Source: an uncultured Candidatus Bathyarchaeia archaeon
GTDB lineage: Archaea > Thermoproteota > Bathyarchaeia > Bathyarchaeales > Bathycorpusculaceae
DNA length: 64,000 nt
Direction: 5' to 3'
NCBI GenBank assembly: GCA_964489195.1
Contig: CAZAXN010000027.1
Location: 346-64,345 of the forward strand
Shown: one piece after another, positions 9,529-19,111 of the stretch
Numbering within the stretch: position 1 is the stretch's first letter
Layout of the letters: the number at the start of each line of letters is the position of its first letter
Notes under the pieces: generated by a model
Told to the model about the DNA's origin: nothing
What the model saw: the letters and a program-made list of their open reading frames with translations, nothing else
Database searches by the model: none
Translations under genes and position numbers: made by a program

Positions 9529-10263
9529 TTATATGCCTATATACATTTCTCTTATGTCTTCATCTTTCATTAATTCTTCTCTTGTTCCTTGAGCCGCGAT
9601 TCTTCCATGCGTAATGACGTATGCTCTGTTGGCCAATTCTAGCGCTATGCTTGCATCCTGCTCAACAAGCAATATTGTTATACCGGAGCCCCAAACCTCT
9701 TTTATGCTGTCAAAAACTTTCTGCTTAACTAGAGGTGCTAGTCCAAGAGACGGTTCATCAATCATTAGAAGTTTAGGTTTTGACATAAGAGAACGACCAA
9801 TCGCTAGCATTTGTCCTTCTCCACCGCTTAATGTTTGAGCCATTTGGTTTTTTCTTTCTTTTAGAATTGGAAAAAGTTGATAAACATGCTCCAGATCTTT
9901 TTTTATCTGGTCTTTGTCTTTTCTAAGGTAGCTGCCCATCATAATGTTTTCATAAACTGACATTTCAGAGAAAAGCCTGCGTCTTTCTGGGCAGAGAACT
10001 ATCCCTTTTTTCACCACTTGCCATGGTCTTAGTTTTTCAATTTTTTCTTTTTCAAATAAAATCGAGCCTGAAATTTTCGCCTGCTCTCTTCTTCCTCTTT
10101 GCAACTCCCCTAGAATTCCCGATATTGCTCTGAGTAATGTGGATTTTCCAGCACCGTTTGGTCCTACAACTGCCACGAATTCTCTTTCTTCCACTTTTAT
10201 GCTAACATCGTTCAATGCCATGGCTCCATCGTAATGAACTGTCAAGTTGTTAACTTCTAACAT
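9529..10263 (-). CDS. livF: branched-chain amino acid-type ABC transporter, ATP-binding protein (LivF-like)
   Basis: Walker A GPNGAGKST, signature LSGGEGQML, Walker B LLMIDEPSLGLAP. The start overlaps the upstream stop by 1 nt (TAATG). Confidence 0.9.
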   Translation of the reverse strand: MLEVNNLTVHYDGAMALNDVSIKVEEREFVAVVGPNGAGKSTLLRAISGILGELQRGRREQAKISGSILFEKEKIEKLRPWQVVKKGIVLCPERRRLFSEMSVYENIMMGSYLRKDKDQIKKDLEHVYQLFPILKERKNQMAQTLSGGEGQMLAIGRSLMSKPKLLMIDEPSLGLAPLVKQKVFDSIKEVWGSGITILLVEQDASIALELANRAYVITHGRIAAQGTREELMKDEDIREMYIGI

Positions 10264-10994
10264 TAAATCGCCTTCCCAAGATAGACTTCGACGACTTTGT
10301 CGTTTTTCGCTATTTCTTCTGGCGTTCCTTCAGCGATTTTTTCTCCCATGTGCATGACAATTACTTTTTTAACTAGTTTCATAAGTGCGTGTAGTTTATG
10401 TTCAACTATCACTATTGTGTGACCATCAAGATGCATTCTTTGTATGGACTTAACCATGTAATCTGTTTCCACTAGGCTTAATCCACCGAAAGGTTCATCT
10501 AAAAGTATGAGGTCGGGTTCTAATGCCATGGCTCTGGCCATTTCGAGCCGCTTAAGGTCCCCGTGGGAGAGGTTTTCTGCCGGTTCAAGCATCATTTCAG
10601 TTAAACCTACGTCTTCAAGCATTTCCATGGCTTTTCTCTCTGGCGTTTTGATCCATTCAACCCTTTTTCTTCCCCGATAAGACTGTAATGCTACTAGTAT
10701 GTTGGCTATAGTTGGCAAATGCCTAAAAGGTCTAACTATTTGAAATGTTCTCACTAGACCTTTGTTTGCTATTTTGTTTGGAGGCAGCCCAGTTATGTCT
10801 TCTCCGTTAAGTTTTATTTTTCCAGAATCTGGTTTTAGATAGCCTGTTATAAGATTGAATAGTGTTGTTTTTCCTGCTCCGTTTGGTCCAATTATACCTA
10901 TTATTTCGCCTTCGTTAACGTGAAAGCATACGTTGCTGACTGCTATTAGACCTCCGAAGCGTTTTGTTAGGTTTTCAACTTCTAGCAGAGGCAT
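10263..10994 (-). CDS. livG: branched-chain amino acid-type ABC transporter, ATP-binding protein (LivG-like)
   Basis: Walker A GPNGAGKTT, LSHGDLKRLEMARA, Walker B LILLDEPFGGL. Confidence 0.9.
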   Translation of the reverse strand: MPLLEVENLTKRFGGLIAVSNVCFHVNEGEIIGIIGPNGAGKTTLFNLITGYLKPDSGKIKLNGEDITGLPPNKIANKGLVRTFQIVRPFRHLPTIANILVALQSYRGRKRVEWIKTPERKAMEMLEDVGLTEMMLEPAENLSHGDLKRLEMARAMALEPDLILLDEPFGGLSLVETDYMVKSIQRMHLDGHTIVIVEHKLHALMKLVKKVIVMHMGEKIAEGTPEEIAKNDKVVEVYLGKAI

Positions 10995-11009
10995 GGTTTC
11001 ACATCAAAT

Positions 11010-12110
11010 TTAACCTTTTTCTACTTTTTTAGCTTTTTCTTTTTCAATTTCCTCTATTTCACGTGGTTCCTCTAAATCTTCAAGCTTTTCCACTATGGCC
11101 CTTGCAATTCCACGTGGCCATCTGACAACTAAAAACACAACAATCGATGTAAAAATAAGCAGCTGTATATGTGGATCAATCTGTATCACGTATTGGAATA
11201 CGTACCTGTTCAATAAATAATATATGTGTGTTCCAATGATTGGTCCGTATATTGTTCCTATGCCTCCTAAAATGGTAACTATTATTGGAATTATGGAGTT
11301 TTCGACTGGAATTAAGGCGGTGTTGTCGTAGAAGTAGCGGGGCGTAGCTGAGCCTCCCATTGTATGGGCGTAGACAGAGCCGGCTAGGCTTCCAAATAGT
11401 CCACTGATGGCGAAGGACATCAGCTTATATTTTGTCACGTTTATTCCACAAGCTTTAGACCCTAACTCGTCATCTAGGATGGAGACGAAAACTATTCCAG
11501 TTTTCGATGTTGCTATCTTGTAAATTATGATTGAGGACAAGGCCAATAGAACGAGAGACAAATAGTAGTTTGCTATGTATCTGTTGTTCAAGCTAAAGGG
11601 GGGGATTGGAAAAATCTGCGGAAGACGCTGTATGCCAACTTCGCCTCCGAAAATGTCGCGGAAGTAATAAAGGAAGCCTATAAAAGCTATTGGGAAAGCC
11701 ATTGTTACAAGGGCGAGGTAAGGTCCCTTCATTCTTAAACAGGGAGTCCCGATTATTAATGCTATGCCTACGCCGGCTATTAGGCTTATGGGTATGGTTA
11801 CCCAGATTGGCCATTGAAAGTATTTGAATAGCATTGCTGAGCTATAAGCTCCAATACCGTAGAAAAGTGCATGACCTAGGCTTATCAAGCCTGTTCGACC
11901 AACAAGCAAGTCCCAACTAACAGCTAGAATAGCCATCAAATTTGCGGACGTCAAGATTTCTAGTCTTCGCGGTTCTACACCTGCATAAGGAACAACTGTA
12001 AAAACTATGAGAATAAGGAATGCTAGCATTCGCGGTGGAGCATCGAAGATATGTGTAGCAAAATTTGTATATGCTTTTCGAACGTATTTAGTAACCACAC
12101 TGATTGGCAT
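11010..12110 (-). CDS. livM: branched-chain amino acid-type ABC transporter permease (LivM-like)
   Basis: 366 aa polytopic membrane protein with GLISLGHALFYGIGAY. Sits between the ATPase genes and the LivH-like permease. Confidence 0.85.
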   Translation of the reverse strand: MPISVVTKYVRKAYTNFATHIFDAPPRMLAFLILIVFTVVPYAGVEPRRLEILTSANLMAILAVSWDLLVGRTGLISLGHALFYGIGAYSSAMLFKYFQWPIWVTIPISLIAGVGIALIIGTPCLRMKGPYLALVTMAFPIAFIGFLYYFRDIFGGEVGIQRLPQIFPIPPFSLNNRYIANYYLSLVLLALSSIIIYKIATSKTGIVFVSILDDELGSKACGINVTKYKLMSFAISGLFGSLAGSVYAHTMGGSATPRYFYDNTALIPVENSIIPIIVTILGGIGTIYGPIIGTHIYYLLNRYVFQYVIQIDPHIQLLIFTSIVVFLVVRWPRGIARAIVEKLEDLEEPREIEEIEKEKAKKVEKG

Positions 12111-12117
12111 TGTTCAG

Positions 12118-13026
12118 TCACTCCATTTCAACCCGTTTTCCAAACAATCCTTTTGGTCTAATTATAAGTACCAGAATTATAACGATGAAGGGAATTGATT
12201 GCTGCAGAACCCCTGCTTCAGGGAGTATTTTTATTGCGGCGGTTCCTGTGAACCCAAGTATTAAACCGCCGATGAGGGAACCTTTGATGCTCCCAAGTCC
12301 GCCAAGTATCACAACTGTGAAGGAGATAGCTAAACCTAACATCCACATGTATGATGATACACCTTGAGTTATCGTTGACGTGTATAGGACGCCTGCTAAA
12401 CTGGCCAGCCCTGCAGAAATGGCTGTTGTAAACATGTACAGTTTTTCTGTGCTTATTCCAACCAGCATGGCAGCTTCAAGATCTTGTGAAAGAGCTTTCA
12501 TAGCTTTCCCAGTTTTTGTTTTTGAAATGAAAAGCGAGAGAATAACGAAGGCTAAAAGGGAGATCAAAGCAGCTAGACTTTGCCCAGCTAACACGTCTGT
12601 GTTTATTAAAGTTATTTTTCCAGGTATAAGTAACTCGATTCTAAAATTGAAGGCTGCAGTCATTCCCATAATTATGTATATTAATTGCTGAAATATTATG
12701 CATCCGCATATAGATGCTATGAGTATGCCAACTTCGTCGCCCAATATTTGGTGAAGTGTAACCCTATAAAAGACGCTTCCAATTATTCCGGTAAGTACAA
12801 AAGATGAAAGCATAGCTAACACGGGTATTAAATAAAAGAAAGCTGGAGAAATAAGTCCTGAAAGATAGCTTGAAAAAACACCATATAGATAAGCGCCTAC
12901 TACAAAGAAGACGCCATGAGTCAAGTTTGCCATTCCAGAAATTCCATAAACCAATGTAAAACCTAAAGCAATCAAAGAATATATAAGCCCTGAAATCGTG
13001 CCGAATATAATTATTGCCTCCAGCAC
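12118..13026 (-). CDS. livH: branched-chain amino acid-type ABC transporter permease (LivH-like)
   Basis: 302 aa polytopic membrane protein with GMANLTHGVFFVVGAY and C-terminal ILVLIIRPKGLFG, typical of the family. Confidence 0.85.
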   Translation of the reverse strand: MLEAIIIFGTISGLIYSLIALGFTLVYGISGMANLTHGVFFVVGAYLYGVFSSYLSGLISPAFFYLIPVLAMLSSFVLTGIIGSVFYRVTLHQILGDEVGILIASICGCIIFQQLIYIIMGMTAAFNFRIELLIPGKITLINTDVLAGQSLAALISLLAFVILSLFISKTKTGKAMKALSQDLEAAMLVGISTEKLYMFTTAISAGLASLAGVLYTSTITQGVSSYMWMLGLAISFTVVILGGLGSIKGSLIGGLILGFTGTAAIKILPEAGVLQQSIPFIVIILVLIIRPKGLFGKRVEME

Positions 13027-13146
13027 CCTCTCACCATCTATCTTTGATTCTTACAACAAAGGGACGTATCATTAATAAAATTTTCCTATGTCCTATTTAC
13101 ACAAAAAAGGGGGTTTGAGAGTGTTTCATAGGATTACTCATCAGAC

Positions 13147-14727
13147 TTATGGAAGTGGCCATGGCTCATGGCGCTGACCAAATTTCTTGGCTATTGCGGC
13201 AATATCTTTGACGTCAATTTTACCATCAAGGTTTATGTCGCATTCTATGTCCCATCCAGGTGTTCCTGGAAGCGCACCGAAGGCCTTGGCTGCTCGTGCT
13301 ACGTCTTTCACATCCACTTTTCCATCGAAATTGAGATCCCACAGTGCCAAGTCGTATATCCATAGAGGAACCTGCGTCTTCCGCGAATACGATTTATCTA
13401 CTGGTGAAACAACATTCTTCACGAATGAGGTCAAGGATGAGCTCGAGTTTGTCCATTGTACCATCATGCCTCTTGTGTAGCCGTCTGGCCATGTTGGTCC
13501 GTAAGTAAGGCTGTAGACGTCATGTGTCGATGTGAACTTGGACTTTCCATTTAAAACCTGTGTTTCTTGTGTTTCAAGAACTGACTTGACCGTAAGTGAG
13601 TTGAATGTGTCCGCGGTTTCTAAAGCCTGTTTAAGGATTATGAATCCGTTGTATGCGCCCCAAGCTGTGTAGATTGGCCATGCAGCAGGAGTTGGCGGAG
13701 GTGCGCTGAAGTTGCCGACAAAATGATCCCAGAATGCGGTGGCTTCGGGTGTAATGGGGGTTCTGGTTCCAGAGAAATCCATTAAAACTTCGTATTCGCA
13801 TCTTCCACCAGTCCAACTGGGCCATAAGTTTGTTTGTGCAAACACGTCGATTCCAACAATCATGAATGGGTAGTTCCCTGCTCTCCATTGATTAATTAGG
13901 TACTGCGCGTCAGGTAACGTGTACGCAATGGTAAGCAAACGTACCCCAGCTGCTGCAGCAGCATTCAAATATGCGGAGAAGTCTGTTGTGCCTGGTGTTG
14001 ACCTTGCACCATAAACGTATGTCGCTTGAGGTCCAAGACCAACATTTGCCATATACCAAGAGATGCCCGCTGTCCATGCTAGGTCTTCAACGAGGCATCC
14101 GAATTTTACGTTTCCGCCGTACATCGGCGCCAACTTATATGGAATAAGGTAGCCTTGCAGATAGCCTAACAAGTTTTTAAACAGCATTGTCGAGTTTATT
14201 GGGTTTATCCTGAAAAGCCACCAATATGTGCTGTAGTCTGTTGCAACAGTTGTGCTTATGAGCTCATCTGTGGAAGCCCCGTTTATAAACAAGATCACTT
14301 TATCCTCGTCAGGAAGCCCACTATTCCAATCTTTAACAGCTTCAATAATCTTCCATGTACACTCTGTCCTAAAGCCTCCTATAATATACCTGCAGCCTGC
14401 CGTGAGAAGGTTCATAGTAGCCGTGTAAGCCGCTCCTTCGTCAAGTGGCATTGCATGCTCGTCTTCCATTTCAAGCACAATGGTATAAGGTGTTCCGCCT
14501 ACATCTATGCCGCCTGCCGCATTAATATCCATCATAGCTAATTGTGCTCCGCCCTGCATTCCACCAAGATAATTATGCCACTGCGGAAGATTATATGGAC
14601 CTATAACTCCGACTTTCAACGTACCCGCTGCTGAAGTAAAGCGCATACCGAAAGCCATCAGAGATATGCAAAGCAAAGAAATCAGAATCAAAGCTATTTT
14701 TTTATTCATTTTTCTCTCTTCCTCCAT
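13147..14727 (-). CDS. ABC transporter solute-binding protein (LivJ/K-like) with a C-terminal dockerin module
   Basis: N-terminal signal/anchor MNKKIALILISLLCISLMAFG, then LKVGVIGPY...GGAQLAMMDINAAGGI, typical of Liv-type binding proteins. The C-terminus carries two Ca-loop repeats. Alternative start at 14709. Confidence 0.85.
   Translation of the reverse strand: MEEERKMNKKIALILISLLCISLMAFGMRFTSAAGTLKVGVIGPYNLPQWHNYLGGMQGGAQLAMMDINAAGGIDVGGTPYTIVLEMEDEHAMPLDEGAAYTATMNLLTAGCRYIIGGFRTECTWKIIEAVKDWNSGLPDEDKVILFINGASTDELISTTVATDYSTYWWLFRINPINSTMLFKNLLGYLQGYLIPYKLAPMYGGNVKFGCLVEDLAWTAGISWYMANVGLGPQATYVYGARSTPGTTDFSAYLNAAAAAGVRLLTIAYTLPDAQYLINQWRAGNYPFMIVGIDVFAQTNLWPSWTGGRCEYEVLMDFSGTRTPITPEATAFWDHFVGNFSAPPPTPAAWPIYTAWGAYNGFIILKQALETADTFNSLTVKSVLETQETQVLNGKSKFTSTHDVYSLTYGPTWPDGYTRGMMVQWTNSSSSLTSFVKNVVSPVDKSYSRKTQVPLWIYDLALWDLNFDGKVDVKDVARAAKAFGALPGTPGWDIECDINLDGKIDVKDIAAIAKKFGQRHEPWPLP
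13177..13338 (-). other. dockerin type-I-like module (two EF-hand-like repeats) at the SBP C-terminus
   Basis: aa 464-517: DLNFDGKVDVKDVARAAKAFG ... DINLDGKIDVKDIAAIAKKFG. Both repeats fit DxNxDGxIDxxD followed by a helix. Confidence 0.8.
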
Positions 14728-14885
14728 ATATAAGGAAACGTAAATTATATTTAAACGTTATTAAACAATGTTCTATAGGAATTTTACTGAAACATTCACC
14801 CTTCAATTCCACCAACAAGATAATAAAGTTACTTGAAAATGCCATTATTCCTTCCAAATCAATTATGGCACCAAGACTAGACTTC

Positions 14886-16325
14886 TTAACGCTCTTCAAT
14901 ACCAGCCAAGTACTTCGCTATCTTCTTCTTCTCTTCAAAATCGTAAGTGGCAGCAATAGTTATCTCCTCCATAATTGGGGAACCACCTCCATGAACCCCT
15001 GCAACAGCTGAAACCCCACTCAAAGACGAACAGAGCATGTCTGCAAGAAGACGAAAACACAAATGAATATTCTCAGGCGAAACATCATCCTTCCTCATAA
15101 TATACTTCTCAAGATAACGCTTAGTCACAGGATTCGCAAAGTCTCCTTCAAACGGAAGAGTTGCAGGTAATCCACCTGCCAAGTCCGTGAGCAGCTCGGA
15201 TTCATGGTAAATGTTTAAACCAGCATGTCGCCTACCAACATTCGCATACACTGTATTTGGAATAAAACTGCCTGACTCATGCTTCTGTCCCTCAACGCCA
15301 GAAGCAATACCTGCCGCAAACACAAGCTCAGCCACACTTGCCAGGTGAGCCAGTTTTGACCTAACATGCGGCTTATCAGCTATGCCCTGATATTCAGCCA
15401 CTAGAGCCGACGCACCAGTTATTATGTCCGTCACCGCAGGTTTGCATCCAGTATAGCTGTGCCTATGATAAAGTGCAAAGCCATGAGCTAACAAAGCCGC
15501 AAAAGGCCATTCACCACACATGAAAACTCTTTCCCAGGGAACAAAGAGGTCATCAAAAATCACAAAAGAATCTGCAAACCCAAAATCAGCAACAGGAGCC
15601 TTAAACACCTTCCTAGGTCGTGGATTCGCAACATGCGTTATCAATTTTACTCCCTCAGCATCCGCTGGAACTGAAAATGCAACAGCGTAATCAGCATCTT
15701 TTTCCATCATAACTCTAGTAGGTAAGCATATTATCTCATCAGCAATAGCAGCCATAGTAATATGGTTTTTTGCGCCTCTAACAACTATACCATCATCACG
15801 TTTCTCCACCACACGCACATAAAGGTCAGGATCCTTCTGCTCATGAGGCCTAAGGCTTCTATTTCCTTTAACATCTGTCTGCGCTGCTGCAGCTGTTAAA
15901 TCATTCTTCTGGAAATATTCCAAAAACTTCAAGAATCTCTTGTGATATTCCGTGCCGTACGCTTTATCAACCTCATAAGTTACGAAATGAAGAGAGTTTA
16001 TCGCATCGCATCCCATACACCGTTGGATACAGCCGCCCGTGAGATGGCAAGCTTGTCTTATCATCCTCTGCTTCTTCAGCAAGTCATCAGAGCTTCTGTT
16101 CACATTCGTAAAACGGTTCATAGTCTCCCCAGTTAAATGCGAGGTTGTGGTGATTAAATCCCTAAATTCAGCATCTTCTGCAAGGTCAAAGGTTTTCGAA
16201 AGCACTCGTATTGATGGCAAAAGTTCAGGATCAACACGTTCCACAAGTTCTCCATTCATATACACGTTTTTTCTCATTTTACGAAGATCTTCAAAATATT
16301 CTTTTGAAGTTCTCACACTGACCAC
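14886..16325 (-). CDS. abfD: 4-hydroxybutyryl-CoA dehydratase / vinylacetyl-CoA isomerase-like enzyme (HpaB/AbfD superfamily)
   Basis: 479 aa. Cys99-x3-Cys103 (GGCIQRCMGC) and His287-x6-Cys294 (HRHSYTGC) reproduce the spacing of the [4Fe-4S] ligands recalled for Clostridium aminobutyricum AbfD (C99, C103, H292, C299). Confidence 0.7.
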   Translation of the reverse strand: MVSVRTSKEYFEDLRKMRKNVYMNGELVERVDPELLPSIRVLSKTFDLAEDAEFRDLITTTSHLTGETMNRFTNVNRSSDDLLKKQRMIRQACHLTGGCIQRCMGCDAINSLHFVTYEVDKAYGTEYHKRFLKFLEYFQKNDLTAAAAQTDVKGNRSLRPHEQKDPDLYVRVVEKRDDGIVVRGAKNHITMAAIADEIICLPTRVMMEKDADYAVAFSVPADAEGVKLITHVANPRPRKVFKAPVADFGFADSFVIFDDLFVPWERVFMCGEWPFAALLAHGFALYHRHSYTGCKPAVTDIITGASALVAEYQGIADKPHVRSKLAHLASVAELVFAAGIASGVEGQKHESGSFIPNTVYANVGRRHAGLNIYHESELLTDLAGGLPATLPFEGDFANPVTKRYLEKYIMRKDDVSPENIHLCFRLLADMLCSSLSGVSAVAGVHGGGSPIMEEITIAATYDFEEKKKIAKYLAGIEER

Positions 16326-16445
16326 TTGAACTTAATTAATCTACAAAGTAAATAAAAATAGCGATATGTTACATTCAAATTTAACTTTCAAACCGAAAGA
16401 AATAAATCGAAAACATTCGTAACTCAGCTAAATGATAAATTTTGA

Positions 16446-17672
16446 ATGGTGGCCAAGTTGCGTAATGTAGCCATAGTTGGAGTTGGTCAGAGTAAATTTG
16501 GAAATAGATATGACGTGAGAATCGATGAACTTGCGTGGGAAGCCGCAGGTGAAGCCCTAAAAGACGCAAATCTCTCAGCGAAGGATATGGAATTTCTAGT
16601 TGTAGGCTGCGCAGGCGGATGGAGCGCTGAAGCTTTACCAGCGGCTATATGTTCAGAATATTGTGGAACACTTCCAAAAGGAAGCATGAGAGTTGAAGCA
16701 GCATGTGCAACAAGCAGTGCCGCGGTAGCAGCTGCATACAACTTTGTTGCAAGCGGATATGTTGACATAGCATTAGTTATGGGCGTGGAAAAAATGTACG
16801 AGTCCCCATCACCGGTTCAGATAGAACTCATTGGAAGGGCTGGAAATTTCTTCTGGGAATTCGAAAACTTCGGCATGACTTTTCCAGGATACTACGCGTT
16901 ACATGCCACGAGTTACATGTGGAAGCACGGTCTAAAAGAGGAAGATTTGGCGGAAATAGCTGTTAAAAACCATCATTATGCGGTTGTGAATCCCAAAGCC
17001 CAATTCAGAAAAGCGATAACTGTTGAAACTGTCATGCAGTCAAGATATGTTGCTTGGCCACTGAAACTTTTCGATTGCTGCCCCCTTACAGACGGTTCAA
17101 GCGCTGTCATATTGGCCAGCGAAAACGTTGCCAAGAAAATTACAGACACACCAGTGTGGATAAGCGGCATAGGTTGCGCCACAGGAACCATAAACCTCAG
17201 CAAAAGAGACATGTTCCTAAAACTTGAATATTCAGGTTTAGAATCTGCGGTTGAGGCTGCCAAACAGGCATACAAAAGAACAGGAGTAGACTATGACAAT
17301 TCAGCTAAGTATTTTGATGTAGCATGTGTGCACGACTGCTTCACAATAGCGGAACTAATGGCATATGAGGATCTGGGCTTTTGCAAAAGAGGAGAAGGCC
17401 CAAAACTTGTGAGAGAAAAGCAAACCTACAATGGCGGACTAATTCCAGTAAATATTGACGGAGGCCTAAAAGCCAAAGGTCACCCCATAGGTGCTACAGG
17501 GAGCTCAATGATTTACAGCCTAACAAAGCAACTTCGCCAAGAATATGGCAAGTATGCCAGCCCAGAAGCCCAAGCAAACATAAAGAATGGAAGAGCTCTA
17601 GCCCACAACATTGGCGGAACTGGACATTACGCCTATGTAACCATACTTTCACTAGAAAAACCAAGTGTATAA
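16446..17672 (+). CDS. archaeal-type (SCP-x-like) thiolase
   Basis: NVAIVGVGQSKFG, nucleophile Cys in VEAACATSSAAV, KGHPIGATGSSM, NIGGTG. Followed by a DUF35 partner gene. Confidence 0.85.
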   Translation: MVAKLRNVAIVGVGQSKFGNRYDVRIDELAWEAAGEALKDANLSAKDMEFLVVGCAGGWSAEALPAAICSEYCGTLPKGSMRVEAACATSSAAVAAAYNFVASGYVDIALVMGVEKMYESPSPVQIELIGRAGNFFWEFENFGMTFPGYYALHATSYMWKHGLKEEDLAEIAVKNHHYAVVNPKAQFRKAITVETVMQSRYVAWPLKLFDCCPLTDGSSAVILASENVAKKITDTPVWISGIGCATGTINLSKRDMFLKLEYSGLESAVEAAKQAYKRTGVDYDNSAKYFDVACVHDCFTIAELMAYEDLGFCKRGEGPKLVREKQTYNGGLIPVNIDGGLKAKGHPIGATGSSMIYSLTKQLRQEYGKYASPEAQANIKNGRALAHNIGGTGHYAYVTILSLEKPSV

Positions 17673-18189
17673 GGAGGAAAATCCTATGTCAGAATTAGGT
17701 GAAACCGCAAAAAAATGCATAACAGAAAAAGGATTACCAATAATCGAAGACGAAAAATCAAAGCTTCCTATCTACATAAGCGTGCGTGAACTACCTTTAA
17801 GATTTCAATTCGGAATAGCCAAGATTCCAAAGTTCTTTGAAGGATTAAAGGAAGGCAAGATTTACATGACCAAATGCAAAAAATGCGGCAAGAGATATTT
17901 TCCGCCACAGACCGATTGCCCCAAATGCCTAGAATCAGACATGGACTGGATACCCTTGAGCGGGGAAGGGGAACTCTTAACCTGCACAATGATATTCGTT
18001 AAGCCTTCGACATATGCTCACTACAAAGACTATATAGTCGGCATTGCCCAAATGAAGGAAGGCATAAAAGTCTTAGCATGGCTAAATGTAGACGATCCTA
18101 AAAAGATTAAGCCGAAAATGAAAGTTCAATTAAAAACCGTGAAAAGAGAGCCCGAAGGCTTCATAACCTATGAATTTTTCCCTCTATAG
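17665..18189 (+). CDS. DUF35 OB-fold / zinc-ribbon protein (thiolase partner)
   Basis: Zinc ribbon CKKCGKRYFPPQTDCPKC followed by an OB-like C-terminus. The likely true start is ATG 17686, preceded by AAGGAGG. Confidence 0.8.
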   Translation: MYKEENPMSELGETAKKCITEKGLPIIEDEKSKLPIYISVRELPLRFQFGIAKIPKFFEGLKEGKIYMTKCKKCGKRYFPPQTDCPKCLESDMDWIPLSGEGELLTCTMIFVKPSTYAHYKDYIVGIAQMKEGIKVLAWLNVDDPKKIKPKMKVQLKTVKREPEGFITYEFFPL

Positions 18190-18313
18190 AAATAACCTTT
18201 TTGTTTGCCGGTAGGAGACGACTGTGACAAAAGGTAAACTTTTGTGCGCGTCTTTATGAGAATCCCAAAAGAAGGAGTTCATTAAACCACACTAGCGAAA
18301 GTCTATATAGCTC

Positions 18314-19111
18314 CTAAAGAATTTTTCTTTTCAGCTTACTGTTTAGCATAATCCATGCATCTGGCACCATTGATGGCTCCACTATGCTGGTTGGTATTGG
18401 ATACCGCACACCTTTCTCATATCCGGCCTTCTTGAGCGCTTCTGCGATACCCTTTAACATTTCCTTCGGTGCTGTAAAGGCCAATTCATGATCTTGTGTA
18501 GCTCCAAAAACTCTATCTCCAGCTCCAGGCACAACCAAGCCAGGCTTTCTAGAAAGAAGAGTTCTCAATACACCTTCCAAACAGCTTGCCCCTAGGCAAG
18601 AAAGTGGAGTTACGATTCTTTCCCCCGTCTTGTAGACTGTGGCTTGGATCAACCTCATTGCTTGGGCTGAATTGCAGTATATTAGGGCCAAGTCAGGCAA
18701 TATCTTAGTCCAACCAAGCGGCGAAACCACTATGCCACCGTACTTTTCCGGTTCCAGAATTATCATGCTTGAAATAGCCTTTTTAGCTGTTTCATCCGTT
18801 TCATAATAATCCATCGCTCTAAAGGCTTCTACAAGGGCGTTCTGATCCTCAAGTTCAGCGAAACCATACGCTATAAGATTCGGAATGCATTTCATGTCAT
18901 CAGCAGTTAAGCCCACAGTCCATCCTATTCTTCTGGACATAGCGAAGCCTTGACACATGGTTATTCTCATTCCAAAAGCCTTGGGTCTCCTAACTCCTTC
19001 AGGGAACCTATCCTCATTTTCAACAAGTTTTATAGCTAATGGAAAACATTGCAATCTTAAAGTTTCAGTTAACTTCTCTCCAATTTCACGATAGCTCTCT
19101 AAATCTTCCAA
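18314..19111 (-). CDS. DUF169-family protein
   Basis: 265 aa. FPLAIKLVENEDRFPEGVRRP...MCQGFAMSRRIGWTVG resembles DUF169 proteins. Assigned from memory. Confidence 0.45.
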   Translation of the reverse strand: MEDLESYREIGEKLTETLRLQCFPLAIKLVENEDRFPEGVRRPKAFGMRITMCQGFAMSRRIGWTVGLTADDMKCIPNLIAYGFAELEDQNALVEAFRAMDYYETDETAKKAISSMIILEPEKYGGIVVSPLGWTKILPDLALIYCNSAQAMRLIQATVYKTGERIVTPLSCLGASCLEGVLRTLLSRKPGLVVPGAGDRVFGATQDHELAFTAPKEMLKGIAEALKKAGYEKGVRYPIPTSIVEPSMVPDAWIMLNSKLKRKIL

